Shown here one piece after another: positions 1-10,077 of a stretch of DNA of 23,832 bases. Location: the NCBI GenBank assembly GCA_044220955.1, contig JBGAQA010000099.1, positions 1 to 23,832 of the forward strand, given 5' to 3'. How positions within the stretch are numbered: position 1 is the stretch's first letter; each line of letters starts with the position of its first letter. Source of the stretch: Sandaracinaceae bacterium (GTDB taxonomy: Bacteria; Myxococcota_A; Polyangia; Polyangiales; Sandaracinaceae). The position numbers and the translations under genes were made by a program. The notes beneath the pieces were generated by a model. It worked only from the letters and a program-made list of their open reading frames with translations. It was not told the origin of the DNA and did not search any database.

Positions 1-306
1 CTGAGGCGCTCCCCCGCCTCGAGCGGCGCGCGCGCCGCGTACGCCGGGGGCCTGACCGGCCCACACGGCGAGCCGCTCGCGACGATCGTGGTGACGGACG
101 CCACCGTCGCGGCCGGTGCGTGCGCTGCGCCCCGCCGAGATGGGGACCTCCGCATCGCGCGTCGGGCCGACGGGACCTTCACGGCGGGCGAGCTCTCCGG
201 CTGCGCCGCCCTCGATCTCGTGGACCCGGACGTCCGTGTCGGGATCGGCATCGTCGCTCACCCGGGCGCGGCGCTGCGCTCGCTCGCGCTCACCCGCGAT
301 CCTTGA
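1..306 (+). CDS. 3' end of a hypothetical protein (partial, starts left of window), convergent with tssC
   Basis: Frame 1 is open from base 1 to TGA at 304-306 with GC-rich third positions (...VVTDATVAAG...LRSLALTRDP*). No family recognised. Confidence 0.55.
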   Translation: MRRSPASSGARAAYAGGLTGPHGEPLATIVVTDATVAAGACAAPRRDGDLRIARRADGTFTAGELSGCAALDLVDPDVRVGIGIVAHPGAALRSLALTRDP

Positions 307-330
307 GCCGCCCGCCCGCTCGACGGCCGC

Positions 331-1812
331 TCACTGCTTGTCGAGCCTGCCGACGAGCGAGAGCGTGAACGACGCCCCCATGTACTTGAAGTGCGGGCGC
401 ACGCGCAGACCGCAGCGGTACCAGCCGGGCTGGCCCGCGACGTCCTCGACGACGACGTGCGCCTGGCGGAGCGGGCGGCGCGAGCGCACGGAGGGCTCGG
501 GGTTCTCCATGTCGACGACGTACTGCGAGATCCACTTGTTCAGCTCGCGCTCGAGGTCGGCGCGCTCCTTCCAGGTCCCGATCTGCTCGCGCTGCAGCAC
601 CTTGAGGTAGTGCGCCAGACGCGTGATCACGAACACGTAGGGCAGCTGTGTGCCGAGCCGGTGGTTGGTCTCGGCGAGCTTGCCCTCGGCCGAGATGCCG
701 AAGCTCTTGGGCCGCTGGCACGAGTTGGCCGAGAAGAATGCCGCGTTGTCCGAGCCCTTGCGATGCACCAGGCCGATGAAGCCCTGCTCGGCGAGCTCGA
801 ATTCGCGGCGTTCGGTGAGCGCGACCTCGGTCGGGATCTTCGTCTGGACCTCGCCCATCGCGTCGAACTGGTGCAGCGGGAGCGCCTCGACGGCGCCGCC
901 GGCCTGCGGACCGATGATGTTGGCGCACCAGCGGTACCTGGCGAAGCTGTCTGCGATGCGCGCGGCGAGAGCGAAGGTGGTCGATCCCCAGAGGTAGTCG
1001 CCGTGTGCGTCCAGCGTCTCCTCGTAGTGGAACGCCCGGACCGGGGCGCTCGCGTCGCCGTAGGGCAGGCGGAGCAGCATGCGCGATGCGGTGAGGCCGA
1101 CGTAGCGCGCGTCCTCGTCGTCGCGGAACGAGCGCCACCGAGCGTACTGGGGCCCCTCGAAGAGCGCCTGCAGGTCCTTGAGCTTCGGCAGCTCGGTCCA
1201 GCTCTCGATGCCGAAGAAGCGACAGGACGCCGACGAGAGGAACGGGGCGTGCGACATGGCGGCCACCGCCGCGCACGAACGGAGCATCGAGATGTCGACG
1301 GGACCGTGGTCGAGCTCGAAGTCGGCCACCACGAGCCCGTAGGGTTGACCGCCGAACGTGCCGTACTCGGCCGAGTAGGCCAGTCGGTAGAGCCCGCTCT
1401 TGGTGATCTCCGGACAGTCCTCGAAGTCGGCGGAGAGCTCCTCCTTGGTGGTCGACAGGAGCTCGATGCGGACGTTCTCGCGGAAGTCCGTGCGGTCGAC
1501 CAGGTGCTTGAGGCCGCGCCAGCTCGACTCGAGCCGCTGCAGCGCGGGGGCGTGAAGGATCGCGTCGAGCTGGGCGCTCAGCTTGCGATCGATCTCGGCG
1601 ATCATCGCGTCGACCAGCACCTTGTCGATCCGCTCGCCGCGGTGGGTGGGCGCCAGCATCGCCGCCACGAACGCGCCGACCCCGCTCCTGGCGATCTCGT
1701 AGCCTTCGTCGCCCGGGCGGAGGTGGGTCTCGGCGAGGATCTCGTCGAGGAGGGAGGGGGCGGCGTCGCTCGAGGAGCCGGGGAGCGGGGCGGGGGCGGT
1801 CTGGGCGTGCAT
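331..1812 (-). CDS. tssC: T6SS contractile sheath large subunit TssC (VipB)
   Basis: 493 aa with hallmark segments IDRKLSAQLDAILH, LESSWRGL, EYGTFGGQPYG, AAMSHAPF, AAFFSANSCQ, RLAHYLKVLQREQIG, RPHFKYMG. AGGAG RBS upstream. Confidence 0.97.
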   Translation of the reverse strand: MHAQTAPAPLPGSSSDAAPSLLDEILAETHLRPGDEGYEIARSGVGAFVAAMLAPTHRGERIDKVLVDAMIAEIDRKLSAQLDAILHAPALQRLESSWRGLKHLVDRTDFRENVRIELLSTTKEELSADFEDCPEITKSGLYRLAYSAEYGTFGGQPYGLVVADFELDHGPVDISMLRSCAAVAAMSHAPFLSSASCRFFGIESWTELPKLKDLQALFEGPQYARWRSFRDDEDARYVGLTASRMLLRLPYGDASAPVRAFHYEETLDAHGDYLWGSTTFALAARIADSFARYRWCANIIGPQAGGAVEALPLHQFDAMGEVQTKIPTEVALTERREFELAEQGFIGLVHRKGSDNAAFFSANSCQRPKSFGISAEGKLAETNHRLGTQLPYVFVITRLAHYLKVLQREQIGTWKERADLERELNKWISQYVVDMENPEPSVRSRRPLRQAHVVVEDVAGQPGWYRCGLRVRPHFKYMGASFTLSLVGRLDKQ

Positions 1813-1858
1813 CTTCGTTCTCCTGTCCAGGTGTCTCGGTGTGTCGGTGCTTGGTCGC

Positions 1859-2356
1859 TCAGTCGTGCCCGGTCTCGATGCCGAGCTCGGCCTCGAGTGA
1901 GCGGCGGGCTCCGGCGTCGTCGAGGAGTGCCGCGAGCTTCTTGCGGAACGCCGGCACGTTGCCGAGAGGTCCCTTGAGCGCGCCGAGCTGCTCGCGGAGC
2001 GCGAGGAGCTTGGCCATCTCGGGGACCGCGCGCGCGATGCTCTCGGGCTCGAAGTCCTTCATCGACCGGATGGCGAGGTGGACGTCGAGCTCGCCCGCGT
2101 CCGCTGCACCGAGCCGGTTGGGCACGCAGAGATCGACCGCGACCCCGTGCTCTCGGAGCACCTGATCGAAGCTGTCCTTGTCGACGTTGACCGGCTTGCG
2201 CTCCTCGATCGGGCGCGCATCGGTCCGCCCGCGGTAGTCGCCGACGGCCAGGATCTTGAGCGGCAGCTCGACCTCTTCGCGCGCCTCGCCGGTCGCCGAT
2301 CGGTAGGTGATGTTCACGCGCTCCTTCGGCGCGACGGACTGTTCTTTCGTGCTCAC
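1859..2356 (-). CDS. tssB: T6SS contractile sheath small subunit TssB (VipA)
   Basis: 165 aa, SVAPKERVNITY...EVELPLK...DFEPESIARAVPEMAKLLALREQL...LKGPLGNVPAFRKKL. GTG start with GAGGAG RBS; directly upstream of tssC. Confidence 0.96.
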   Translation of the reverse strand: MSTKEQSVAPKERVNITYRSATGEAREEVELPLKILAVGDYRGRTDARPIEERKPVNVDKDSFDQVLREHGVAVDLCVPNRLGAADAGELDVHLAIRSMKDFEPESIARAVPEMAKLLALREQLGALKGPLGNVPAFRKKLAALLDDAGARRSLEAELGIETGHD

Positions 2357-2407
2357 GTGGGGCTCCTCGTGCTCGGGGCGGGGCCGCCTCTCGGCCCGCT
2401 CCCCTCC

Positions 2408-3937
2408 TCATCGGCCGGACCGGGCCGGCGTTGCGTGCAGGGCCCTCGAGACTTCGAGCGCCGCGTGAGCGTCCAGACGCGCGAGGCGACCGAAGAGCGC
2501 CTGCGAGCCCGTTCCGGCTGCGGCGCCGTGGGCGCGGACCGACGCCCGGAGCGTCCGGGTCGCGAGCTCGGGATCCCAGGCGTCGAGGGCGTGTCGATCG
2601 AGCTCGCTCGCGAGGTCCGCGTGCAGCTCGAGCGCGAGCGGCAGCGCACCCGCGTCCTCGGCCATCTGCGCCATCGCGAGGGTCAGCTCGAAGCGTGTGC
2701 GTCCACTCTCCGCGCTCCGGCGCTGGCGTGCGCCCAGGGCGAGCGCGTCCGCGATCTTGCCGGCGCGCCCGAGTGCGCGGATCTCCGAGGCGGGATCGAC
2801 GCCGCTTTCGTCCGACGCGGCTGCGGCCGGCACCTCCCACGACGAGAAGAGGGCGCGGCTGGTCGCGGAGGCGAACCGAGTGCCGTCGGCGAACTCGCGC
2901 TCGAGCAGCTCGGGCAGGCGGCCGAGCAGGCCTCGCACCTCGTGGCGGTGAACGGCGGCGGCGGCGGCGCCGGACGGTCCCGCGCGATCGAGGGCCCGAG
3001 CGAGGTGCGCGTGCAGATCGAGCGCGAAGCGGCTCCGCTCGAGCGCGCCGAGCGCGTCGCGCACGACGATCTCCGGCGGTGCGCTCACCGACTGCTTCTC
3101 CAGAGCCTCGAGCACCAGCCGCGGCGGCGCGGGCAGCGCGGTGCGCGCCTCGCGCGTCGTCTCCGGGGCGCTCGTGATCGGCAGGTACAGGGCGGCCAGC
3201 GTCCAGCGCATCGCGTCCGGTTCCAGCGCGCATCGGGCCCGTGCGAGCGCGGCCGCGGGCACGAGCTGGCCTGCGATCCTGCGCACGAACGCGGGGACCT
3301 GCTCTGCGCGGTCGGGCGAGGGCTCCGTACGGCTCGCCCCTGCAGGGGACACGAGCGGGGGCGGAGGAGCGAAGACCGGTGGGGGCGGCGGCGCTGGCGC
3401 GGCCGTGACCGGAGCCGGCAACGCGGAGAGGGCGGCCCGCGCGCGCTCCTGCACCGTGGTCGTGCTCGGCGCGTCGTCGCCGAGCACGCGGCGCGCCGCG
3501 ACCTCGAGGGCGGCCCAGGCCGAGGCCAGCGCCTCCAGGCCCTCGCGGCTCGGCGCCCGAGCGGCCGCGAGCGCGATCTCGGCGCGCGCGGCGAACGTGG
3601 CGATGGCGTTGGCGCGGGCCCGGGGGCGAGGCGGTGTGAGCGCCGGCTCGTCGAGCAGTCGTGCGACGAGCCGAGCGCCGAGCGCGACGCCCACGAGCCC
3701 CTCACCCTCGGAGAGCGCGCACGCGAGGGCGGCGCCCACGACGAGGTCTCGCCCGACCTCCGCGAGGTAGCCCTCGCTGCTGCGTCGGACCCGGATCCAG
3801 TCGACCGCGCCACCGGTCGGCGACTCGAGCTTGGCCAGCTCGGTCCGGATCGCGTCGAAGCTGGGGTGGCCGCGGGGATCGGCCAGTGGTGCAGGGAGTG
3901 GCGCGGTCCATCGTTCGAGGCGCGCGTCGGTGCTCAT
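2408..3937 (-). CDS. tssA: T6SS protein TssA (ImpA N-terminal domain, Pro-rich linker, VasJ-like C-terminus)
   Basis: ATG at 3935-3937 overlaps the tssM stop (ATGA). N-terminal DPRGHPSFDAIRTELAKLES...VDW...RDL is ImpA_N-like; C-terminal LDAWDPEL...RLARLD is VasJ/long-TssA-like. The 624-aa ORF in the track is over-extended. Confidence 0.88.
   Translation of the reverse strand: MSTDARLERWTAPLPAPLADPRGHPSFDAIRTELAKLESPTGGAVDWIRVRRSSEGYLAEVGRDLVVGAALACALSEGEGLVGVALGARLVARLLDEPALTPPRPRARANAIATFAARAEIALAAARAPSREGLEALASAWAALEVAARRVLGDDAPSTTTVQERARAALSALPAPVTAAPAPPPPPVFAPPPPLVSPAGASRTEPSPDRAEQVPAFVRRIAGQLVPAAALARARCALEPDAMRWTLAALYLPITSAPETTREARTALPAPPRLVLEALEKQSVSAPPEIVVRDALGALERSRFALDLHAHLARALDRAGPSGAAAAAVHRHEVRGLLGRLPELLEREFADGTRFASATSRALFSSWEVPAAAASDESGVDPASEIRALGRAGKIADALALGARQRRSAESGRTRFELTLAMAQMAEDAGALPLALELHADLASELDRHALDAWDPELATRTLRASVRAHGAAAGTGSQALFGRLARLDAHAALEVSRALHATPARSGR
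2409..2435 (-). promoter_or_regulatory. Putative ECF-sigma-type promoter upstream of tssB
   Basis: Minus strand reads CGCAACG ccggcccggtccggc CGATG, inside the last codons of tssA. Same spacing as five other copies. Confidence 0.65.
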
Positions 3938-6900
3938 GGTGCGCACTCCGCGCCGCCGCGCGCGATGTGGCGCGGCGCCGCGACGCCCGGCGCGCGCAAG
4001 AGCCCGAGCGCGCGAGGGTGTGCCTCGCCGCCGAAGAGCGCGCACTCGGTCCGCACCGGGCGCAGGTCGACGACGACGTCGACGTCGTGTCCAGGCAAGT
4101 GCCAGCGCGCCGTGTGCGTGCGCTCCCCCGGCCTCGCGTCGAGCTGGGCGGCCGCTTCGACGAGCCGAAACAGGCCCCACTCGCCGTCTTGCGCGATGCG
4201 CTCCGAGAGACCCCGCGCGCTCTGCACCTCGACGCGCGCGCCCGTGCTCGGCGACTCGCCAGGCCACACGACGCGCGTCCACGTCTCGGGGCCGTTGTGG
4301 TAGTCGACCGTCGCACCCCCGACGAAGAAGCGCACCGACGCGGCCCCTGCGCTCGGGTGGATGCGGACGTCGAGCTCGATGCGGGGCTCGCTGGCGCCGG
4401 GCGGGAAGAGCCCGTCGGTGATGGCCTGCGAGCGCGCGAGGAACGTGGTCAGCTGTGCCGAGTACGGTGAGCCCGCACCGTGGTCGAGGCGCGCCGCGAG
4501 GGCGAAGCGACGCCCGGCCCGCGGCGCGATCGCGGCGAGCGCCGCGTCGTAGTGGGTCCAGAGCGTCCCGCCCGGGCGGTAGAACGCGCCCACCTCACCG
4601 AGCGCCGCGTCGTCACCGTGGGCCGCGAACGGATAGCGCCCCGCGAGCGACGCCGAGAACGGCGTGAACACCGCCGCGCAGAAGCTGCCCGACACTGCGC
4701 TCGCCATCGCCCGCGACGACGTCAGCGCGGCGGCCTCCACCGGTGGCCGCAGCACGTGCTCGAAGAAGTCGCGTGCGCCCGGCGTCTGCTCGGCCACGAG
4801 TCCGTCGACGCGGCGCCGCGAGGCGACGAGGCGGGTCTCGAGCGCGCCTGCTGCGCCCGCGTCGTCTCGGTAGGTCGCGAGCGCGTCGCGGAGCAGCGCG
4901 AGCTCGTCGGCGTATACGTCCGCGCCGAGCGGCGCGTCGTCGGGGGCGCCCTGCTCGCGCACGGCGAATCGCGTGTAGGGCTCGAGGGCGCGCGTGACGA
5001 GGGCCTCGCCGCGCGGCGCCGCCCGCTCGGCCGGCCTCGTGGCCTCCGGCCGGGCGCTCGCCAGGCGCGTCGTGAGCGAGGCGAGAAGCCCGGTGGCGCC
5101 GTCCGCGGCGTGGCCTTCGCCCGGCGCCTCGAGGCGCGCGTTGTCGTCCACCGCCGCGAGGAGACGTCCGATGGGCGGCGGCGTCCCGCGCGTCATGTCC
5201 TCGAGCAACGCGAGCGCCTCCGTCGCGTCGCGCGGCGGGCGCACCCGCACGCTGGAGAGGAACGTCCGCCACTCGTCGACGTACGCGGCGAGGTAGGCCT
5301 CGCGCAGCGCCTCCCGCGACGCCGGAGCCTCACGCTCGTCCGCCGCGCCGAGCAGCCATGCGCGATCCCGATCCGCCGCCGCGTCGATGCGCTCGCGAAC
5401 GACTTCTTCCCATCCTCGCCGCGTGAACGCGCCGCGGACGTGCTGCTCGCTGGTCAGCGCGTGTCCGGTGGCGCCGACCATCCTGGCGAGCGTGAGGTCG
5501 TAGCCGCGGCCCGCGCTCGCGTCGATCAACGCGTCGAGCGCGGCGCGATCGGCGCTCGTGCGTCCGAGCCCGAGACGTCCGAGGTGGATCGCGCGCTCGT
5601 GTCGCGGGACTCGCGGGCGGTCGGAGCGGTCGGTCATCCCGAGGAGCAACGCCGCGTGCGGCTCGCACGCCCTCGCGGGGCGACCGAGCGCGCCGCACCA
5701 CGCCTGCGCGAGACCGTGGGCCAGCCGTGCGCGACCTTCGGCGTCGAGCTCCGGCTCGGCGGCCTCGGCAGGCCGGCAGAAGCGCAGCTGCCGCTCGAGC
5801 AGCGCGTGCGCGCGTGCCCTCTCGCCGTCGACGGGCTCGCGATCGAGATCGGTCTCGAAGGCGGCGCCCCACGCCTCGAGCTCGCTCGCCTCGGCGGCGA
5901 GGAGCGGCGACAGGACGTGCTCCCGGAGGCTCTCGAGGTAGCGGACGCGGCCGCGGGCTCCGAGCCGCGGTCCCGGCGGAAGGCCGAGGCCCATGGACCA
6001 GGGCGAGCCCTCGTCGGCTCGCCGCCGGAGCGCCCCCAGGGCGTCGTGGAGCGGCACGAAGTCCTCCGGAGCCGCGATCGTGGTGGAGCGCGGCAGCGCA
6101 GCGACGCCGCCGCCCACGGTGTCGATCGCGCGCCTCTGGCCCTGCCAGGAGAACGCGCTGGCGATCGCCAAGACGCTCGCCAGCGTCGCGGACGAGGCGC
6201 CGGCCGACAGGTGCACGAGCGCGCGTCGTCGCCGGGCGCGGGTGCCGGGCGCCGCGGTCTCCGCGTCCGGCAGGATGACCCGGGAGAACAAGTGGTGGAC
6301 GAAGAACGCGCAGGGATCGAGCGCGCTCTCGGGTAGAGGCCGGGGCTCGATCCCGCTCGCGCGCAGGCAGCCCGCGAGCAGGCGATCGAGCGGGCGTCCC
6401 GACTGCGTGGCGCTCGTGAAGTAGACGCCGCGCAGCGTCGGCGTCTCCCCGTACACGCTGGCGACGAACATCTGCGCGAGGAGCGCGGTGAGGGGCTCGT
6501 GGGTCGACTCGAAGTGAGCGGGGAGCTCGGCCGCGAGAGCGCGTGCCTCGAGGCGCCGCTCGGCGGCGAGCGCGGCCGCGGTCCGGGACCGGAGCGCGCG
6601 AGCGAGCCCGGTGAGCTCGTCGCGCACGTGGTCCTCCAGCGAGCCGGCTCCGCTCGCGCCGCCGAGGGTGAAGCCCCAAGGACGCGCGCGACCACGCTTG
6701 TCCAGCGAGGCGAACGCCTCGGAGAAGCCCACGAGATGATCGCACTTGGTGATCACCACGTAGACCGGGATCGCGACGCCCAGCCGCCCCGAGGCGGCCT
6801 CGATGCGCGCGCGCCGGTGCCGGCCCAGCGACGCGCGCTCCGCCTCGGTCGCGGCCAAGAGGTCGTCGACCGGGATCGTGAGCAAGAGGCCGTCGAGCGC

Positions 6901-7506
6901 GCGCGCACCGCGGTGCTTGAGCAGGCGATCGAGCACCGCGAACCACTCGGCGTCCTGCTCGCCCACGGCCCAGCGTCCCGCGGTGTCGAGCAGGATGGCC
7001 TCGTTGGCCAGCCAGACGTCGCAGCGCCGCGTCTTGCCCACGGGCCGCGCGGGCGCCTCGCGCGGCTCTGCCTGGGGGCCGAGGCCCGGCGCGCTCGGAA
7101 ACGAGAGCCCCGAGCTGGCGAGCAGAGTCGACTTCCCGCTCTCCGGTGCTCCGAGGATCGCGTACCAGGGCAGCGCTCCCAGCGCGGCGCGCCCACCACC
7201 TCCCAGGCGCGTCCGAGCGAGCGCGGCGAGCGCTGCGTCGAGGTCCCGACAGACGTCTCGGACCTCGGCGCCCGTGTCGGATCGCGTGGCCTCCCGCGCC
7301 GCCTTCGGTGGCGCGACCGTGCGGACCGGCGCGGGTGTTCGTCCGCGCAGCACGACCCAGCGCCCGAGCGCGAGGGTGAGCGCCAGCACGACGACCAGAA
7401 CGTCGAGCGCCGCGGGCGCCCAGATCGGTGCACCCAGCGCGAGGAGCAGCCACGGGGCGCTCAAGAAGACGACCAGCGTGAGGACGAGTGCGACGGGGAT
7501 GACCAT
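3934..7506 (-). CDS. tssM: T6SS membrane complex subunit TssM (IcmF)
   Basis: 1190 aa. N-terminal hydrophobic helices, LPWYAILGAPESGKSTLL (Walker A), LLDTAGR, PVYVVITKCD, LRGVYFTSATQSG, GRYPFA, GEWGLFRL. Confidence 0.96.
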   Translation of the reverse strand: MVIPVALVLTLVVFLSAPWLLLALGAPIWAPAALDVLVVVLALTLALGRWVVLRGRTPAPVRTVAPPKAAREATRSDTGAEVRDVCRDLDAALAALARTRLGGGGRAALGALPWYAILGAPESGKSTLLASSGLSFPSAPGLGPQAEPREAPARPVGKTRRCDVWLANEAILLDTAGRWAVGEQDAEWFAVLDRLLKHRGARALDGLLLTIPVDDLLAATEAERASLGRHRRARIEAASGRLGVAIPVYVVITKCDHLVGFSEAFASLDKRGRARPWGFTLGGASGAGSLEDHVRDELTGLARALRSRTAAALAAERRLEARALAAELPAHFESTHEPLTALLAQMFVASVYGETPTLRGVYFTSATQSGRPLDRLLAGCLRASGIEPRPLPESALDPCAFFVHHLFSRVILPDAETAAPGTRARRRRALVHLSAGASSATLASVLAIASAFSWQGQRRAIDTVGGGVAALPRSTTIAAPEDFVPLHDALGALRRRADEGSPWSMGLGLPPGPRLGARGRVRYLESLREHVLSPLLAAEASELEAWGAAFETDLDREPVDGERARAHALLERQLRFCRPAEAAEPELDAEGRARLAHGLAQAWCGALGRPARACEPHAALLLGMTDRSDRPRVPRHERAIHLGRLGLGRTSADRAALDALIDASAGRGYDLTLARMVGATGHALTSEQHVRGAFTRRGWEEVVRERIDAAADRDRAWLLGAADEREAPASREALREAYLAAYVDEWRTFLSSVRVRPPRDATEALALLEDMTRGTPPPIGRLLAAVDDNARLEAPGEGHAADGATGLLASLTTRLASARPEATRPAERAAPRGEALVTRALEPYTRFAVREQGAPDDAPLGADVYADELALLRDALATYRDDAGAAGALETRLVASRRRVDGLVAEQTPGARDFFEHVLRPPVEAAALTSSRAMASAVSGSFCAAVFTPFSASLAGRYPFAAHGDDAALGEVGAFYRPGGTLWTHYDAALAAIAPRAGRRFALAARLDHGAGSPYSAQLTTFLARSQAITDGLFPPGASEPRIELDVRIHPSAGAASVRFFVGGATVDYHNGPETWTRVVWPGESPSTGARVEVQSARGLSERIAQDGEWGLFRLVEAAAQLDARPGERTHTARWHLPGHDVDVVVDLRPVRTECALFGGEAHPRALGLLRAPGVAAPRHIARGGAECAP

Positions 7507-7514
7507 GCGAGAGG

Positions 7515-7541
7515 TCTCGGCCGTCCGTCGCCCGCGTTGCG
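7515..7541 (-). promoter_or_regulatory. Putative ECF-sigma-type promoter upstream of tssM (possibly leaderless transcript)
   Basis: Minus strand reads CGCAACG cgggcgacggacggc CGAGA cctctcgc ATG, filling most of the 40-bp tssL-tssM gap. No SD sequence. Confidence 0.7.
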
Positions 7542-7546
7542 CGCCC

Positions 7547-8191
7547 TCAGCTGGAGAGCACGACGCCCGCGTGCACCCAGAGATCCAGCGCGAACAGCGC
7601 CCAGGTCACGGCCGCCAAGACGCACGCCGCCAGACCGGTGGCGAGCGCCCACCGCGGGTCGAGCGGAGCCTCCGCCTGGCTGCGCAAGGGAATGGCGTTC
7701 GGGCAGAGCAGACCCTCGGTCTCCGCGCCGGCGCGGACCAGATCGAGGTGGACGCTCTGAGCGAGCTCGAGGCGCGCCGCGTCCTCTGCGGCGTAGCGGC
7801 CGCGGAAGCCGAGGGCGAGCACCACGGCGTAGACGTAGAGCACGTGCCCGCGCGAGGGGTCGCGTCGGATGGCGTCGAGGCGCACGAAGAAGCCCTCGCC
7901 CGCCGCGTTCTCGCCGAAGAGCGCGAGCTGCAGGAGCCGCGGGAGCCACGCCTCGCGCGTTCGGGCGCGCGCCAGCATCACCTCGTCGGCGTACGCTGCG
8001 AGCGCGTAGACCACGTCGTCGACGTCCTTCGCGGCGATGCGCGCGCGCTCGGCCTCGGCGCGCAGCACCCGGAGCCGGTCTTCGAGGAGTGAGCGCGCGG
8101 CCTCCGGCCGCACGTCCGATCCGGCCGCGACGCGGGTCGCCGCCAGGGTCGGCTCGGCCAGCGCCAGCATGCGCTCGAAGGTGTCGCTCAT
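7547..8191 (-). CDS. tssL: T6SS membrane complex subunit TssL (DotU), no OmpA extension
   Basis: 214 aa. YALAAYADEVML...W...LQLALFGENAAGEGFF...LALGFRGRY and one C-terminal TM helix. Confidence 0.94.
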   Translation of the reverse strand: MSDTFERMLALAEPTLAATRVAAGSDVRPEAARSLLEDRLRVLRAEAERARIAAKDVDDVVYALAAYADEVMLARARTREAWLPRLLQLALFGENAAGEGFFVRLDAIRRDPSRGHVLYVYAVVLALGFRGRYAAEDAARLELAQSVHLDLVRAGAETEGLLCPNAIPLRSQAEAPLDPRWALATGLAACVLAAVTWALFALDLWVHAGVVLSS

Positions 8192-8206
8192 CGGATGTCC
8201 TCGTCG

Positions 8207-9598
8207 TCAGGCGTGGAGCGCTCGCTCGGCGCGATCGGTCTTGCGGTCCCAGCCCGCGCGCGCGATCGCGACGAGCGTCAGGCGGGTGTGCGAGGGGTCG
8301 AAGCTGCGCGCGGGCAGGTAGACGGCGATGCCCCGCTCGGCGAGAGCCGCCCGGAAGTGCCGGTCGTCCGCGGGCAGCTCGAAGCAGGTCTCGCCGGCGC
8401 GCATGGGGACTTCCGGCGGTGGTCGGTGGACCAGCTGCAGGGGGGCGCCCGGTGTGGCCGTCTCGAGCACGCGAGCGATGTCCGCGAAGGACGCGACCTT
8501 CGCGAGGCCGACGAGCGAGGACTCGACGTCGCGCGCCGGGAGCACCGAGCGCACCGAGAGATAGTAGCGCTCGCCGCGCGCCGCCTGCTCGTCGAGCCGG
8601 GCGAAGTGCAGACCGTCGCTGCGCGGCTCGAGCGGGATGGCACGCGCCTGCTCGCGATCGGTCGCCGCCAGCAGCGCGTCGATGCGGTCCATCGTCGCCG
8701 TCAGTGCGCGCTGTGGCTCTCGCGGCTCGAAGTCGGGGAGCTCGATCGAGGCGTCGACGGCGAGGACGGAGAGCGCGCCCGCGAGCGCGAGCAGCCGCTC
8801 GTGGAGCGCCTCCGGCGGGGCGTCGGCGCGGCGCAGGAGGTGGCGCAGCACGGGGTGGTGCGACGCGAGGGCGCTGGCGAGGAAGAAGCGTGTCACGTCG
8901 CCCGGGTCGACCTGCACGCTCTCCGCGTCGCGCTCGTGGCGCGTTGCGACGAGCGCCGCGAGGCGCGCGCCGAGTCGCTCCACGAGCCGGGAGAGCCGTG
9001 CGAGCAGGGGCCCGGAGGCGCCGATCGAGAGCAGCGGGCCGACGCAGGTCTCGTCGAGCGTCGTCGCCCCGTGCGCGTCCCGTCGGGCGACACCGAGAGG
9101 AAGCGTCTCCAGATCCTCGCGCGGCTCGTGACCCATGACGATGCGCAGCGTGGGGACGCCGAGCTCGAGCGTGACCGGCTCCGCCGGAGTCTCCGTGTGG
9201 GTGTCGACACCGCGCCGCTCGAGAACGCGCAGCCTCGGGACCGCGCCGCGTAAGTCGGAGCGAGTCCGACGATCGCGCACGAGCGCGATGTGGACCGACA
9301 CCTCCGCTCGCTCGGGACCGAGTCCGTCGATCGGACGGTCCGGCACGACGAGCTCGGACCCCTCGCCGAGACGAACGACGGTACCGTCGGCGAAGACGCC
9401 CTCGAAGCGCGCGACACGCACCACGCCGTCGCGAAGAGCCTGCGGGTCGAGGGCGAGCAGCCGGATTCCCCAGGCCCCGTCCCCGTGCGTGATCCGGAAG
9501 CGGCCGTCGAGCGCCTCGTGGTGGAGCCGGTCGGCCTCCTGGAGGTGCTGCGGGGCCAGCGGGAGCCCGTCCATCCAGAGCATGCGCGCGGTCGTCAT
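8207..9598 (-). CDS. tssK: T6SS baseplate subunit TssK
   Basis: ATG at 9596-9598 overlaps the tssJ stop. LWMDGLPLAPQHLQ, WGIRLLALD, GVFADGT, PGAPL...PPPEVP...CFEL, IAVYLP. Confidence 0.94.
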   Translation of the reverse strand: MTTARMLWMDGLPLAPQHLQEADRLHHEALDGRFRITHGDGAWGIRLLALDPQALRDGVVRVARFEGVFADGTVVRLGEGSELVVPDRPIDGLGPERAEVSVHIALVRDRRTRSDLRGAVPRLRVLERRGVDTHTETPAEPVTLELGVPTLRIVMGHEPREDLETLPLGVARRDAHGATTLDETCVGPLLSIGASGPLLARLSRLVERLGARLAALVATRHERDAESVQVDPGDVTRFFLASALASHHPVLRHLLRRADAPPEALHERLLALAGALSVLAVDASIELPDFEPREPQRALTATMDRIDALLAATDREQARAIPLEPRSDGLHFARLDEQAARGERYYLSVRSVLPARDVESSLVGLAKVASFADIARVLETATPGAPLQLVHRPPPEVPMRAGETCFELPADDRHFRAALAERGIAVYLPARSFDPSHTRLTLVAIARAGWDRKTDRAERALHA

Positions 9599-10077
9599 GG
9601 CGTCGGGTCTTCCGTCGTGCGCTCGATGCGGTACTCGTCCACCCGCAGCGCGAGCGTCGCCGCCGAACCGCATGGAAGGGCCGCCACCGGGACGAGCACG
9701 CGCCACGTGCGCCCCGCGGGCCGTCGGACGATCGCGACGGCGGCGAGGGAGCGTGTGTCCGCGCTCGGATGCACGTCGAGCGCAGCGCTCTCCCCCGGGT
9801 AGAGCGTGACGGACTCGGTGGCGACGATCGTGTCGGCGAGCGGCGCAGGGGGCGTCCAGGCCTCGTCGAAGGAGACGTTCTCGAAGGCCCCGGGGTCTCG
9901 GAGACCGACGATCCGCACCTCGGTCGGGAGCGGGGCGCCCGAGGTGTCCGGGTTGAGGAGCGCCCCGGAGGCGAGCGTCACGTGCACCTGGGCAGGGGCC
10001 TCGCAGACCGTGTCCGGCGGGAGCGCCTCGGCACAGGCCGAGAGGGCGAGCACCACGACCACGAAGGGCCGGCTCAC
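9595..10077 (-). CDS. tssJ: T6SS outer-membrane lipoprotein TssJ
   Basis: GTG at 10075-10077 overlaps the upstream stop (GTGA). Lipobox LALSAC, LNPDTSGAPLPTEVRIVGL, LYPGES, WR. Lies directly before tssK. Confidence 0.9.
   Translation of the reverse strand: MSRPFVVVVLALSACAEALPPDTVCEAPAQVHVTLASGALLNPDTSGAPLPTEVRIVGLRDPGAFENVSFDEAWTPPAPLADTIVATESVTLYPGESAALDVHPSADTRSLAAVAIVRRPAGRTWRVLVPVAALPCGSAATLALRVDEYRIERTTEDPTP

Noticed and set aside
307..330. Intrinsic terminator between the convergent left gene and tssC
   Set aside because: There is no convincing stem and no U-tract on either strand.
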